NCBI GenBank assembly: GCA_963662615.2
Contig: CAXXSR010000002.1
Coordinates: 160,001-224,000 of the forward strand
DNA length: 64,000 nucleotides
From: Dehalococcoidia bacterium
GTDB taxonomy: Bacteria > Chloroflexota > Dehalococcoidia > Bin125
Direction: 5' to 3'
A program made the translations under genes and the position numbers. Each line of letters starts with the position of its first letter. Within the stretch, counting starts at the first letter, position 1. Below, in pieces: positions 32,856-42,671 of this stretch. The notes beneath the pieces are model-generated. The model had not been told where the DNA came from. It was given only the letters and a program-made list of their open reading frames with translations, and made no database searches.

Positions 32856-33635
32856 ATGGACCTTGGCCTGCGGGGGAAAGCTGCCTTGATCAGCGGGGCC
32901 TCTGAGGGAATTGGCAAGCATTGCGCGCTGGCGCTGGCGGCGGAGGGCGCCGACGTGGCAATCTGCGCGCGCCGCCCAGACCTCCTGGAGGCGGCACGAA
33001 CCGAGATTGAAGCCGCCGGCCCCGGTCGCGCCGTGGCGGTGGTGGCGGACGTGGCTCAGGGGGAGGACGTGGAGCGCGTGGTTGCCGAGACGGTGGCCAG
33101 CTTCGACGGCCTGGACATCCTGATCAACAACGTGGGGGTGTCAGCCCCCGGGGATGAAGACGACGTCTGGCAACGGATGTTCGAGGTCAACCTGCTGGCG
33201 ACGGTGCGGATGACCCGGGTCGCGCTGCCCCACCTGCGCGCCCGTGCGCAGCGGCCGAACGCCGACAGCAGCGTCATATTGCACATTGGCTCGATCTTCG
33301 GACGCGAAGCAGGGGGTATCTCGTCCTATAACGCCATGAAGGCGGGCGTTCACAGCCATGCCAAGGCGATGGCGCTGGCACTGGCGAAGGACAATATCCG
33401 CGTCAACTCGATCGCACCGGGCTCGATCGCGTGGCCCGGCAGCCGCTGGGAGCAGCGCTACAAGGCGGACCCCGAGACGATCCAACGCACCATCGTCGAT
33501 ACCATCGCGATGGGGCGCTTCGGGCGGCCCGAAGCGGTTGCGCAAGTGGTGACGTTCCTCGCCTCGCCGCGAGCGGAGTGGGTCACGGGCGTGTGCCTCA
33601 ACGTGGACGGCGGCCAGACGCGGTCGATCATTTAG
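32856..33635 (+). CDS. Short-chain dehydrogenase/reductase
   Basis: SGASEGIG, NNVG and YNAMK motifs. Confidence 0.95.
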   Translation: MDLGLRGKAALISGASEGIGKHCALALAAEGADVAICARRPDLLEAARTEIEAAGPGRAVAVVADVAQGEDVERVVAETVASFDGLDILINNVGVSAPGDEDDVWQRMFEVNLLATVRMTRVALPHLRARAQRPNADSSVILHIGSIFGREAGGISSYNAMKAGVHSHAKAMALALAKDNIRVNSIAPGSIAWPGSRWEQRYKADPETIQRTIVDTIAMGRFGRPEAVAQVVTFLASPRAEWVTGVCLNVDGGQTRSII

Positions 33636-33711
33636 CGCAGATGTCGATCATCTAGCGCAGATCGCGTCGGGCGGGGGGAGGTGGAGGCGGCGCGGGCGCG
33701 AGCGCGCGTGG

Positions 33712-34035
33712 CTAGGGCGCCTCCTCCACGATGGCCGACATGGAGCCACGGCAGCGCTCGATGCGGGGGTCCGCCCCGTTGCGGTGGATCATGCGCTGGT
33801 GTCGGGTTGCCTGCTCGTAGCCGGCCGTCTCCACGACGGCTTGGCCCTGGCTGTCGACGACGCCGGCGATGGCGTAGGCCTTCTCGCGCTCGTAGCCGAA
33901 GATGCGGCCCAGCATCTCAATGACGTACTCGTAACTGTGCTCGTCGTCGTCGAGGAGGCTGAGGTGGTAGCGCTTCTCGAGGCCGGTTTGGGGCGCCGTC
34001 TCGCGTCGAGTGGCGGTCTCGGATCGCTGCGTCAC
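33712..34035 (-). CDS. clpS: ATP-dependent Clp protease adaptor ClpS
   Basis: YHLSLLDDDEHSYEYVIEML..IF...A......VD..G.AVV; GTG start at 34035. Confidence 0.85.
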   Translation of the reverse strand: MTQRSETATRRETAPQTGLEKRYHLSLLDDDEHSYEYVIEMLGRIFGYEREKAYAIAGVVDSQGQAVVETAGYEQATRHQRMIHRNGADPRIERCRGSMSAIVEEAP

Positions 34036-34340
34036 GGAGGCATGATAGCGTGCCGGCGTCGGCGGCTCGGGGCGAGGCGTTGCTCTCGGCGAGGCCGGCG
34101 ATGGGCCCCCGGCGGAGAGATCGCGGTCGCTCGCGCTCCGTCCCCTGCGCGCGCGGCGAGGGTGTGTGCTGAGAGACATGCGGCGACGAGTCGCGGCTGC
34201 TCGGGACCTCCCCCAGGTGCGCGTGGCCAAACCCCTGATACTGATGGACCGTATTCCAACCGACCATCTAGATACGCAGACGGCGCACCCCTGCACGGGT
34301 AGCGGGGCGCGGAGATGCCGTGAGAGGCAGTGGTACAGCG

Positions 34341-34640
34341 ATGACCGAGCGCGTCCTCCCCTGGCCTCGGAAGCGGCCAGGCCCCGGCGTCATCTGCGCC
34401 TGGTGCAAGGCGGTCCTGGTCCACGGCAGCCTGCTGCCGAGCCACGGCCTCTGCGAACGCTGTCTGGAAGAGCGCTTCCAGGACGACGAGAAGATCATTC
34501 CCTTCCCGGGCTCGCAGGCCGAGGCCGAGAGGCCAAGGGCCCAGCGAGGAGGAGAGATGCTACGCCGACGACAGCGGGATGCGCGCTGGTTGCGGGCTGC
34601 GAGCTTTGCGCGCTGGCGTCGCTACCAGCGAGCGAGCTAG
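34341..34640 (+). CDS. Small putative Zn-binding protein (CAWC...SHGLCxxC)
   Basis: CxxC and HGLCxxC ligand pattern. Confidence 0.6.
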   Translation: MTERVLPWPRKRPGPGVICAWCKAVLVHGSLLPSHGLCERCLEERFQDDEKIIPFPGSQAEAERPRAQRGGEMLRRRQRDARWLRAASFARWRRYQRAS

Positions 34641-34735
34641 GGGGCCGGTCAGCTGGAGCCGTCGTGGGCGCCGGTCCGTCCATTATGGGCGCCAGCATTG
34701 CGGGCAAGACGGGCCAGAGGGCGCCCATGGGCCGG

Positions 34736-35629
34736 TCAGGGCTGGGCTCGTCCCTCCTGCACCTCGCGCCGCCGCCGATACTCCGGCGAGGCGCGACCGT
34801 CGCCGAACTTGCCGTCACGCCACTCCAGCGCGGCCTTCATGCCTTGCTCACGGCTGATGCGACGAAACTCCGCGACCGCCGGCGCCAAATGCGCGCGGGC
34901 GTCGTTCTCTGAGGCCAGCCGTTGCAGCGTGCGCGCTCCCATCAGCTCCAGCGCCAGGTTGGTGATCCGCTTGCCCGCGGCGAGCAGGTCAACGTCGATC
35001 ATCGCCATTCTGCCGGCGAGCTGATCGACGGCGTCGTCGAGCTCGTCGAAGGGGACGGCGAGGAGCACGAGGCCGATCGCGGCGGCATCGGCGCCGCTGA
35101 CGCTGTCGCCGGTGAGCAGGAGCCGCTTGGTCCACTGCGGACCGATGTGGTAGAGCCACATGTGGGCGGCCGCCGCGCCCATGGCGCGGACGGCCGGATA
35201 GCCGATAAGACAGTCCTCCGCGGCGATGACGATGTCGCAGAGGAGGGCCAGATCCGTGCCGCCGGCCAGGCAGTAGCCGTGGACCTTGGCGATGACCGGC
35301 TTGTGCATGTCCCAAATCGCCATGCGGAGCCGCTGGGCAAGCTCCAGCTGCCAGACGTCGTCCTCGAAGGTGACGTTGTGCCGAAAGGCGGCGCCGTAGG
35401 TCTCCAGCGGATCACGATCGCGGCCGCCGAGGTCGTAGCCGGCGGAGAAGGCGCGCCCGGCGCCCTGCAAGATCACGACGTGGACCGCGCTCTCATCGTC
35501 GGCTCGCCAGAGCGCGTCGCTGAGTTCGCGCTGCAGGGCGACCGAGAGCGCGTTCAGCTTGTCGGGTCGGTTGAGGGTGAGGTAGGCCTTGCCGTCTTCG
35601 ACGTGGTAGAGGATGTGTTCATACGGCAC
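34736..35629 (-). CDS. Crotonase/enoyl-CoA hydratase family protein
   Basis: TLNRPDKLNA, FSAGYD and GYCLAGG motifs. Confidence 0.93.
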   Translation of the reverse strand: MPYEHILYHVEDGKAYLTLNRPDKLNALSVALQRELSDALWRADDESAVHVVILQGAGRAFSAGYDLGGRDRDPLETYGAAFRHNVTFEDDVWQLELAQRLRMAIWDMHKPVIAKVHGYCLAGGTDLALLCDIVIAAEDCLIGYPAVRAMGAAAAHMWLYHIGPQWTKRLLLTGDSVSGADAAAIGLVLLAVPFDELDDAVDQLAGRMAMIDVDLLAAGKRITNLALELMGARTLQRLASENDARAHLAPAVAEFRRISREQGMKAALEWRDGKFGDGRASPEYRRRREVQEGRAQP

Positions 35630-35728
35630 CGCGTGCCTCCTTCCGACGGGCCGTCGCCGGCACGCGTCCTTCCGCGGGAAGGACCGCCGGCCGCGGCTAG
35701 CGGCGCCTCAAAACGCCGCCGGCTGCGG

Positions 35729-36541
35729 CTAGCGGCGCCTTAAGACGCCGCCGTCGATGGCGACGACCTGACCGTTCAGGTAGCCGCTGGCATTGGAGCA
35801 TAGATAGACCACGAGCGGCGCGACGTCGATGGCGCGGCCGAAGCGCTGGAGGGGGATGAAGCGTCGCAGGGCGTCCCGCTGGGCCTCGTCCGCTGCCGGG
35901 CCCGGAGCCTCCTCCATCCATCCCGTGACGATGGCGTTGACCGTGACGCCGCTGGGGCCGAACTCCTGCGACAGCGACCGCACCAGACCCAGCACGCCGG
36001 CCTGGGCGGCGGCGAGGGCGGAAGCGTTGGCGAGGCCGGCGAGCGCCACGCCGGAGAGCAGGGCCACGAGACGGCCGCCCTGGTTGCCGCGGACCAGCTC
36101 TCGGGAGGCGCTGCGGAAGACGTTGTAGGTGGCGGTGAGGTGACCGGCAAGCAGGCGCTGGAGGTCGACGTCGGTCGTTTTGGCGAGCGGCGCCGCCAAG
36201 GTTGAGGCGGGCAGCACGACGGCGCCGTCCAGGCCCGTCAACGCTTTTTGGAGCTTGCGGGTGGCGACTTGGACGCCGGTGGGGTTGCTCATGTCGACGG
36301 CCGCCGAGGGGCCGCCGGCGGCGACCTTCTTCAAGGCGAAGAGCGCCGTGCCGTCGGTGGTGGCGCTGGTAACCCCGACCGTGGCGCCCGCCTCGCGCAG
36401 AGCGTCGACGATGGCGCCGCCGAGGGGCGACTCCGCGCCGTAGACGATGAGGCGTCGCCCGCTGAGATCGAAGCCGCGCAGCTTCCCTTCGGCGACCGTG
36501 GGCGGCGGCAGAGGATTTTGGTGCGACTTTGCCGCGCTCAC
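35729..36541 (-). CDS. SDR family oxidoreductase (atypical)
   Basis: SDR fold C-terminus IPLQRFG...YLNGQ..IDGG; canonical YxxxK absent. Confidence 0.85.
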   Translation of the reverse strand: MSAAKSHQNPLPPPTVAEGKLRGFDLSGRRLIVYGAESPLGGAIVDALREAGATVGVTSATTDGTALFALKKVAAGGPSAAVDMSNPTGVQVATRKLQKALTGLDGAVVLPASTLAAPLAKTTDVDLQRLLAGHLTATYNVFRSASRELVRGNQGGRLVALLSGVALAGLANASALAAAQAGVLGLVRSLSQEFGPSGVTVNAIVTGWMEEAPGPAADEAQRDALRRFIPLQRFGRAIDVAPLVVYLCSNASGYLNGQVVAIDGGVLRRR

Positions 36542-36622
36542 TCCGCTTCCCCTTCGTTCTGGATTGGACGGCGCCGAGCGGGATGACGCCGTCGCGGCAC
36601 GTCCCTTCGATCAGAAGTTCGA

Positions 36623-37447
36623 TTAGAAGGCAGGGGCGCTCCCGGCGGCAGTCAGGTCCCAGTCGCCGGGCGTGAGGCCGCCCGCCATTGCGCCGCCGTC
36701 GATCACAAACGCCTCCCCCGTGACGTAGGACGAGGCCGCGGAGGCGAGATAGACGGCCAAGGGTCCGAGTTCCCAGGCCTCACCCAGGCGCCGAGCGGGG
36801 ATGGAGGCGCCGCGGCTGCGGGCGGCGCGGATGTCGGCCTGATCGCGGAGGGGGCGCTGGAGGATGAAGCCCGGCACGATGCAGTTGACGCGGATGTTGT
36901 CGGTCGCGAGCTGGGCGGCCAGCGACCGCGTGAGGGCGGCCACGGCGGCCTTGGCGGCGCCGTAGGCCAGCAGGCGCGGCTCGCCGCGCAGTCCCGCCGT
37001 TGAGGCCACGGTGATGATCACGCCGCCACCGCGCTCGCGAAAGTGGGGGACGACGGCGCGCGCGCAATAGAAGGCGCTGGAGAGGTTGAGGGCCAAGGCG
37101 TCGTCCCAATCGGCGTCGTTGATCTCGGTGACGTCCTTGAGGGAGGCGGAGCCGCCGCCGCCGGCATTGGCGATGAGCACATCGACGCGGCCCCAGGCGT
37201 CGAGAGTGTGTTGGACGAGCGTGTCGACGTCAGCGGAGCGGGTGACGTCGGTGGGCACGGCGAGGGCGCGCCGGTCCCGAGCGCGGATCTCCTCGGCCGT
37301 CTCCTCGATCTGTTCCGGGGTGCGGGCGGCGCAGGCGACGTCGGCGCCGGCGTCGGCGAGGGCGAGCGCCATCTCCTTACCCAGCCCGCGCCCGGCGCCG
37401 GTCACAATCGCGGTTTTTCCCCGCATGGAGATCTGTTCGAGCAGCAT
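36623..37447 (-). CDS. Short-chain dehydrogenase/reductase
   Basis: TGAGRGLG, ANAG and YGAAK motifs. Confidence 0.94.
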   Translation of the reverse strand: MLLEQISMRGKTAIVTGAGRGLGKEMALALADAGADVACAARTPEQIEETAEEIRARDRRALAVPTDVTRSADVDTLVQHTLDAWGRVDVLIANAGGGGSASLKDVTEINDADWDDALALNLSSAFYCARAVVPHFRERGGGVIITVASTAGLRGEPRLLAYGAAKAAVAALTRSLAAQLATDNIRVNCIVPGFILQRPLRDQADIRAARSRGASIPARRLGEAWELGPLAVYLASAASSYVTGEAFVIDGGAMAGGLTPGDWDLTAAGSAPAF

Positions 37448-37709
37448 GGGCCGCACCTCAGCCCCAGGAGAGCGCACATCTGCGGCCGACCGCGGGTGGC
37501 GCGTCCTTCTGTCGAAGGACGGGCCCCGGTATCGTAGCCGACGCTCGCGGGACGGCCGGCCCGGCCCCGCGTGGGAGCGTCGTGGCGGGCAGTGCCTGAA
37601 GCGCACTGGAGGGCGAAGGCGGGATCCGCTAGCCTGGCGGGCGCTTCGGCTGAAGGCGCGCGACGTGCGAGTCGCGGTCACGTGCGAGGGTCGCGCGGGA
37701 GAGACGCCC

Positions 37710-38840
37710 ATGGATCTTGGCCTGTCCGAAGAGCAGGAGATGCTCCGCAACTTCGCGCGGGACTTCCTGGAGAAGGAGTGCCCGGAGAAGCTGGTGCGCG
37801 AGATGGAGGAGGACGAGCGGGGCTACACCGACGCGCTCTGGCAGGGGATGGCCGCGCAGGGCTGGCAGGGGCTGATGATCCCCGAGGAGCATGGCGGCAA
37901 CGGCTTGCGTTTCCTGGACCTGTGCGTGCTGATGGAGGAGATTGGCCGGGCGCTGGTTCCGGGCCCGTTCCTGAGCACGGCGGTGTTGGGCGCGGTCCCC
38001 GTCCTGGTGGCCGGGAGTGAGCGGCAGAAGCGACGGATCCTGCCGAAGGTCGCGAGCGGGGAGCTGGTGATGACGCTGGCCTTCACGGAGCCGTCGGCGC
38101 GGTTCGACGCCGAGGGGGTGGAGCTGCGCGCGATCAAGGACGGCAAAGACTACGTCCTCAACGGGACAAAGCTGTTCATCCCCGACGCGCACGTGGCCGA
38201 CACGATGGTGGTGGTGGCGCGGACGAGCGGCGCCGGCGAGAAGGGGATTACGCTATTCCTGGTGGACGGCGGCGCGGCCGGGCTGAGCACGACGGTGCTG
38301 AAGACGATCGCGGCGGACAAGCAGTGTGAGGTCAAGTTCCAAGACGTGCGGGTGCCGGCGTCGGCGGTGTTGGGGCGGCGGGGCCAGGGCTGGGAGGTGA
38401 TGACGGCGGTGCGTCGCTACGCCACCGTCGCCTATTGCGCCTACTTGGTGGGGCTGGCCCAGCGCGACTTTGAGATCAGCCTGGACTACGCGAAAGAGCG
38501 CATCCAGTTCGACCGGCCGATTGGCTCCTTCCAGGCGATCCAGCACAAGGCGGCGGACATGGTCACGGACGTGGACGGGTCGCGCTTCATGATGTATCGG
38601 GCGGCCTGGGCGGTGACGGAGAACGAGCCGGACCAGGACCTGCAGGTGAGCATGGCGAAGGCCTGGTGCTCCGACGCGAGCCGTCGGGTGGTCGCCCACG
38701 GCCAGCAGATCCACGGCGGCATTGGCTTCACCAAGGAGTACGTGATCCAGCTCTACTTCCGCCGCCAGAAGATGGCCGAGCTGATGTGGGGCGACGGCGA
38801 CTACCATCGCGCGAGGGTGGCGCAACTGCTGGAGATCTAG
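37710..38840 (+). CDS. Acyl-CoA dehydrogenase family protein
   Basis: AFTEP, LNGTKLF, R.QF.RPIGSFQAIQH and QIHGGIGF motifs. Confidence 0.95.
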   Translation: MDLGLSEEQEMLRNFARDFLEKECPEKLVREMEEDERGYTDALWQGMAAQGWQGLMIPEEHGGNGLRFLDLCVLMEEIGRALVPGPFLSTAVLGAVPVLVAGSERQKRRILPKVASGELVMTLAFTEPSARFDAEGVELRAIKDGKDYVLNGTKLFIPDAHVADTMVVVARTSGAGEKGITLFLVDGGAAGLSTTVLKTIAADKQCEVKFQDVRVPASAVLGRRGQGWEVMTAVRRYATVAYCAYLVGLAQRDFEISLDYAKERIQFDRPIGSFQAIQHKAADMVTDVDGSRFMMYRAAWAVTENEPDQDLQVSMAKAWCSDASRRVVAHGQQIHGGIGFTKEYVIQLYFRRQKMAELMWGDGDYHRARVAQLLEI

Positions 38841-39186
38841 GGCTCAGCGGCGCATTTTCGGAGCGTGGTGGTGGGGTGGCCGGGGCCTCGGGAGGCCGGG
38901 GCGGCTTCACACGGTTTCACGGTTTTCTGTCCCGTTTGCGGCGCGCCGGAAAAAAATTTGGGGGAGGCGGGGCGCACCAGATAGGGGCGAGGCCGATCTG
39001 CTCGCTGCGCGACAGAATCCGTCACGGTTCCGGCAGCTTCTTGCACGGTTTGGACAGGAGTTCCCGGGAGGGTTCCGGGGTGGCTGGGGCAGGGCTGAGG
39101 GCGCGGTCTCCTATCAATCGATACGCGGAGTATAGCACGCGGGGTGCGGATTGGGAAAGGAGGGTGAGGGATCGGGTGGAAGATGG

Positions 39187-39222
39187 AGAGGCCCGTCCTT
39201 CCAGACGGAAGGACGGGCCTCT
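39187..39222 (-). terminator. GC-rich hairpin downstream of the Gly-rich peptide gene
   Basis: GAGGCCCGTCCTTCC-agac-GGAAGGACGGGCCTC inverted repeat. Confidence 0.7.
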
Positions 39223-39244
39223 TTACCGTGCTGGTTTCCGAGAG

Positions 39245-39406
39245 CTACGGGCCGCCACCACCGCCCCCGCCGCCTCCGCCCGCGGCACCGCCGCCCCCGC
39301 CGCCACCCGGGCCGCCGCTACCAAAGGGTGGCTAAGCAAAGGCCGTGCCGACGGCGGCGAGGGTCAGGAGGCCGGCTAGAAGTAGTGCGAGCAGCTTCTC
39401 GCGCAT
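39245..39406 (-). pseudogene. Secreted Gly-rich peptide with an in-frame TAG right after the signal peptide
   Basis: Manual translation MREKLLALLLAGLLTLAAVGTAFA*PPFGSGGPGGGGGGGAAGGGGGGGGGGP. Has an AAGGA RBS, a promoter box and a terminator. Confidence 0.7.
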
Positions 39407-39428
39407 GATTCGTTTTTCCTTTCAGTCC

Positions 39429-39459
39429 CTATATGGGTGAACCGGGCGGGATTGTTACG
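39429..39459 (-). promoter_or_regulatory. Putative alternative-sigma promoter CGTAAC-N16-CCCATATAG
   Basis: Same motif and spacing at 44798-44828 and 48483-48513. Confidence 0.65.
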
Positions 39460-39803
39460 GCGCGTCTCCAGATTGTGAGCCAAAAGGTTAGGGCGCTCCG
39501 ATAATCGGTCAACTCGCCAGTCGGGGGTGGGGCGCTCTTCATGCCCGTGGCCCATCGACGGGGAGCCCCCGCCCGGCGCCGAGGGGCTCCCACGCGGCCA
39601 TTTCAGCTCGACGAGGAGGACTTGGGCCTCGGTGTCGGCCACGTTCTCCGTGCTGGGCGGGACCGCGTCGATTGGCATCGGCATCGCGCTTCTCCAGAAT
39701 CGCGTGGAGCCGAAGAGTCTGCCTCAGCGGCGGCGGCAGAGAGGCCGCTGCGGCGAGCGGCCTCTCCAGGCGAACCTCTGTCAGAACCATGGACGCCTAC
39801 GAG

Positions 39804-42318
39804 TTATAGGCACTTCCGGTGGGTTGGGTGGCTGTCGCAGAAGCTGCCGCCGCCGCTGTCGCCGTTTCCGCCTTTGCCGCCCTTGGTCACATTGATGGTG
39901 ACCGTGGCGGGAGCCGAGTAAGCCGTGCCGTCGTTGGCCATGTACGTGAAGTAGTCCTTGCCGGTGAAGCCGGCATTCGGTGTGTAGGTGAAGGAGCCGT
40001 CCGCGTTCAGGGTGAGGGCGCCATTCGAGGGATCGCTGCCGAGCACGGCCGTCAGCGGGTCGCCGTTGGCGTCAGTGTCGTTGGCGAGGACGCCGGGGGC
40101 GGCGACGGTGAGGGTCTGTTCTTTCTTGACGGCGTAGCTGTCGTCCGCCGCGGTGGGTGCGACGTTGGTGTTGGGATCAGTGACCGTGACGACGACCGTG
40201 TCGCTCCCGGTTAGGCCGCCGTTGTCAGTGACGGTGCGGGTGACGGTGTGCGGGCCGACGGCCAAGCTGGGCGTGATGATGGCCGTGGTCCCGAGAACGG
40301 TCGCGCCCTCTTTCCACTCGAAAGTCACGATGAGCCCGTCAGGATCGGAGCCGGAGCCGCTGAAGGTGACGCTTTCGATGCCGTCATTATTGATATCGGG
40401 CAGCGACTGGTCGGGACCGGCGTTGGCGGTGGGTGACTGATTGGGAGCGACACCGACAAGGACGGTGTCAGTGTCCGTGGCGTTCGCGTCGTCGGTGACG
40501 ATGAGCGTGATGGAGTGATCACCCACGCTCAAGGTCACGGTTGGGTTGGGGCCGGTCGCGATCTCGACGCCGCTTTCCGACCACACATGGGAGGTGATCG
40601 ACCCGTCCGGATCGGTCGAGGCGGCGCCGTCTAAGGTTACCTGCTCGTTGCCACCATTGTCGACGTCGGTAACGGTCTGGTCGGGGCCGGCGTCAGCGGT
40701 GGGGGGATCGTTGACCGGCGCGACCGTCACGGCGACGGTGGCGGTAGCGGTCCCGCCCCTGCCGTCGCTCATGGTGTAGGTGAAGCTGTCGCTGGTGGTC
40801 TCGGAACCGTCGTGGGTGTAGGTGACGGCGGATCCGTCCTGGCTAACCGGGCCATGTGCGCCCTGAGAGACGGTGGTGATAGTGAGCGGGTCGCCATCGG
40901 GGTCGCTGTCATTGGAGAGGACGTCGATCGTGCCGTAGCCACCCTCGTCGACGGTGTAGGGGTCGTCGACGGCGGTGGGCGGGGTGTTGGTGGGGCCACC
41001 GGCCAGGTAGAGGAGGCCCTCGTGGTAGGCGTCGGGGTCGTTGGTGTTGGACGGGCCCCAGGCGCCCTGAGGCTGCGCGCCGTCGATGAGGGCCTGGCGG
41101 ATGGCGGCGACGCCGTCGGCGTCGGTGGCGCGGCCGTTGGCGGCGGCGTAGAGGGCTGCCGCGCCGGCCACGTGAGGCGAGGACATGCTGGTCCCGCTAA
41201 TGGTCGCATAGAGGCCGCCGGGATAGGTGGAGAGGACGTTCACGCCGGGAGCGGCGACGTCGATGGCCCTGCCCGGCGAGCTGACGGGGTTCCCTGCGAC
41301 CACACTGCGGCTGAAGTTGGTGTTCGAGTAGAAGGTGTCGTCGGCGCCGCGGCTGGTGGAGGGGCCGAGCCCGCCGGGCCGGCCGTCGGTATCGACCATC
41401 CCGGAGATCGTGGCGGCCTCGGGGTAGGCGGCGGGGATGGAGTCGTCGCTGGTGTTCAAAGTGCCGTCGTTGCCGTACACGTCCCGGGAGCCGTTGCCAG
41501 CCGCGACGACGTAGACCACGCCGGCGGCGACGCTGTTCTGAATGGCCAAGCGCAGGGAGTCGAGTTTCCCGATGCCGCCCAAGCTCATATTGACGACTTC
41601 GATCTGGCCGTTGCCCGTGACGAAATCTATGGCCTCGATAATGTCAGAGAAGCTGCCGGAGCCGTTCTTGTTGAGGACCTTGAGGGCCCACAAACGCGCT
41701 CCGTGGGGCGACGCCGACCACGCCGATGCCGTTGTCGATCGCGGCGGCGGTGCCGGCGACGTGGGTGCCGTGGTAGTTGTCGTCGTCGCCGGTGGCGGCG
41801 CCGTTGATGAAGCTCTGGTTGTAGAAGACGTTCAGGTCCGGGTGATCCAGATCGATGCCGGTATCGAGGATGGCGATGTCCACGTTCATGGGATCGGGGA
41901 CGCCGTCGATGTTGGCGGTGGCGTTCTGGTCCGCGTTGATGCGGTCTATGCCTGGGGGAAGGGTCTGGAAGTTGTTGCCGTGGAGGATGGCGTGCGCCTC
42001 CAGGTCGGGCTCCACGAAGGCGACGTTGGGGTTGTGGGCGAGGGCGGCGGCGGCCGTCGCGGAGAAGCGGACGGCGAAGCCGGTGAGGGCGTGCTGGTAG
42101 GTGTGCAGGAGGGCGCCGCCGTGGGCGCCCACGAGCGCGTTGGCCAGGCCGGGCGGGTCGGCTACGCCGTCATGGAAGACGACGATGTACTGGCCGGGGA
42201 TGACGCCGGGCGGAGACTGCGCTTGTGCGTCGGTGGGAGACAGGCTACCGCCCAGGGCGACCGCGAGGGCCGCGGTGACGCCAAGAGCGAGGGAGACGCG
42301 AAGGAGACATCGTCGCAT
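39804..42318 (-). pseudogene. Secreted S8 subtilase (I9 propeptide, catalytic domain, Ig/cadherin-like and PKD repeats, Cx8C tail), frameshifted
   Basis: Triad motifs ILDTGID and HGTHVAG lie in ORF 41644-42318; GTSMSSPH lies in ORF 39804-41693. Removing one base near 41703 restores GVAPGARLWALKVL. Confidence 0.88.
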
Positions 42319-42485
42319 GGCAGCGCCGCCTTCCTGGCGCTCAGCCAGCCAATTCTCCGGCCGGCCGTCACGGGACGCTGTCTTCGGCGTCTATAGGACG
42401 AGGGCCGTGCGTCTTGTCTTTCTGGCTGCCTGGGGAACGGGTGGCGGCAGTCAGGACGGCGGCCTTCGCCATTCGCGAGAATCGC

Positions 42486-42514
42486 AGATTAGGCCGGTGA
42501 GCGACCGCTGTCAA
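42486..42514 (-). promoter_or_regulatory. Sigma70-type promoter for the subtilase
   Basis: TTGACA-N17-TAATCT on the minus strand. Confidence 0.65.
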
Positions 42515-42625
42515 CCACACCGGGAGCGCGGGGCTGGGGCGTGGTGCGTCCGCGTCGGCGCCGAGCGAGCCCTCCAGACCGGCGTCACGGGCCCTGTTTA
42601 TGGCCGGGTACCCGGTACCCTGCGC

Positions 42626-42656
42626 GCCCCGTCCTTCCCGGAGGGACGGGCCTCTT
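42626..42656 (-). terminator. Hairpin downstream of lysyl oxidase, near-identical to the one at 39187-39222
   Basis: CCCGTCCTTCC-c-GGAGGGACGGG followed by CCTCTT. Confidence 0.65.
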
Positions 42657-42671
42657 CATCCGATCAGTGCG

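Noticed and set aside
39332-39334. Pyrrolysine or alternative genetic code
   Set aside because: TAG terminates many ordinary genes in this window and no pyl genes are seen; a nonsense mutation or error is more parsimonious.
39539-39790. 83-aa ORF as a sigma-factor fragment
   Set aside because: The resemblance is weak and the segment overlaps the subtilase terminator hairpin (GAGAGGCCGC...GCGGCCTCTC).
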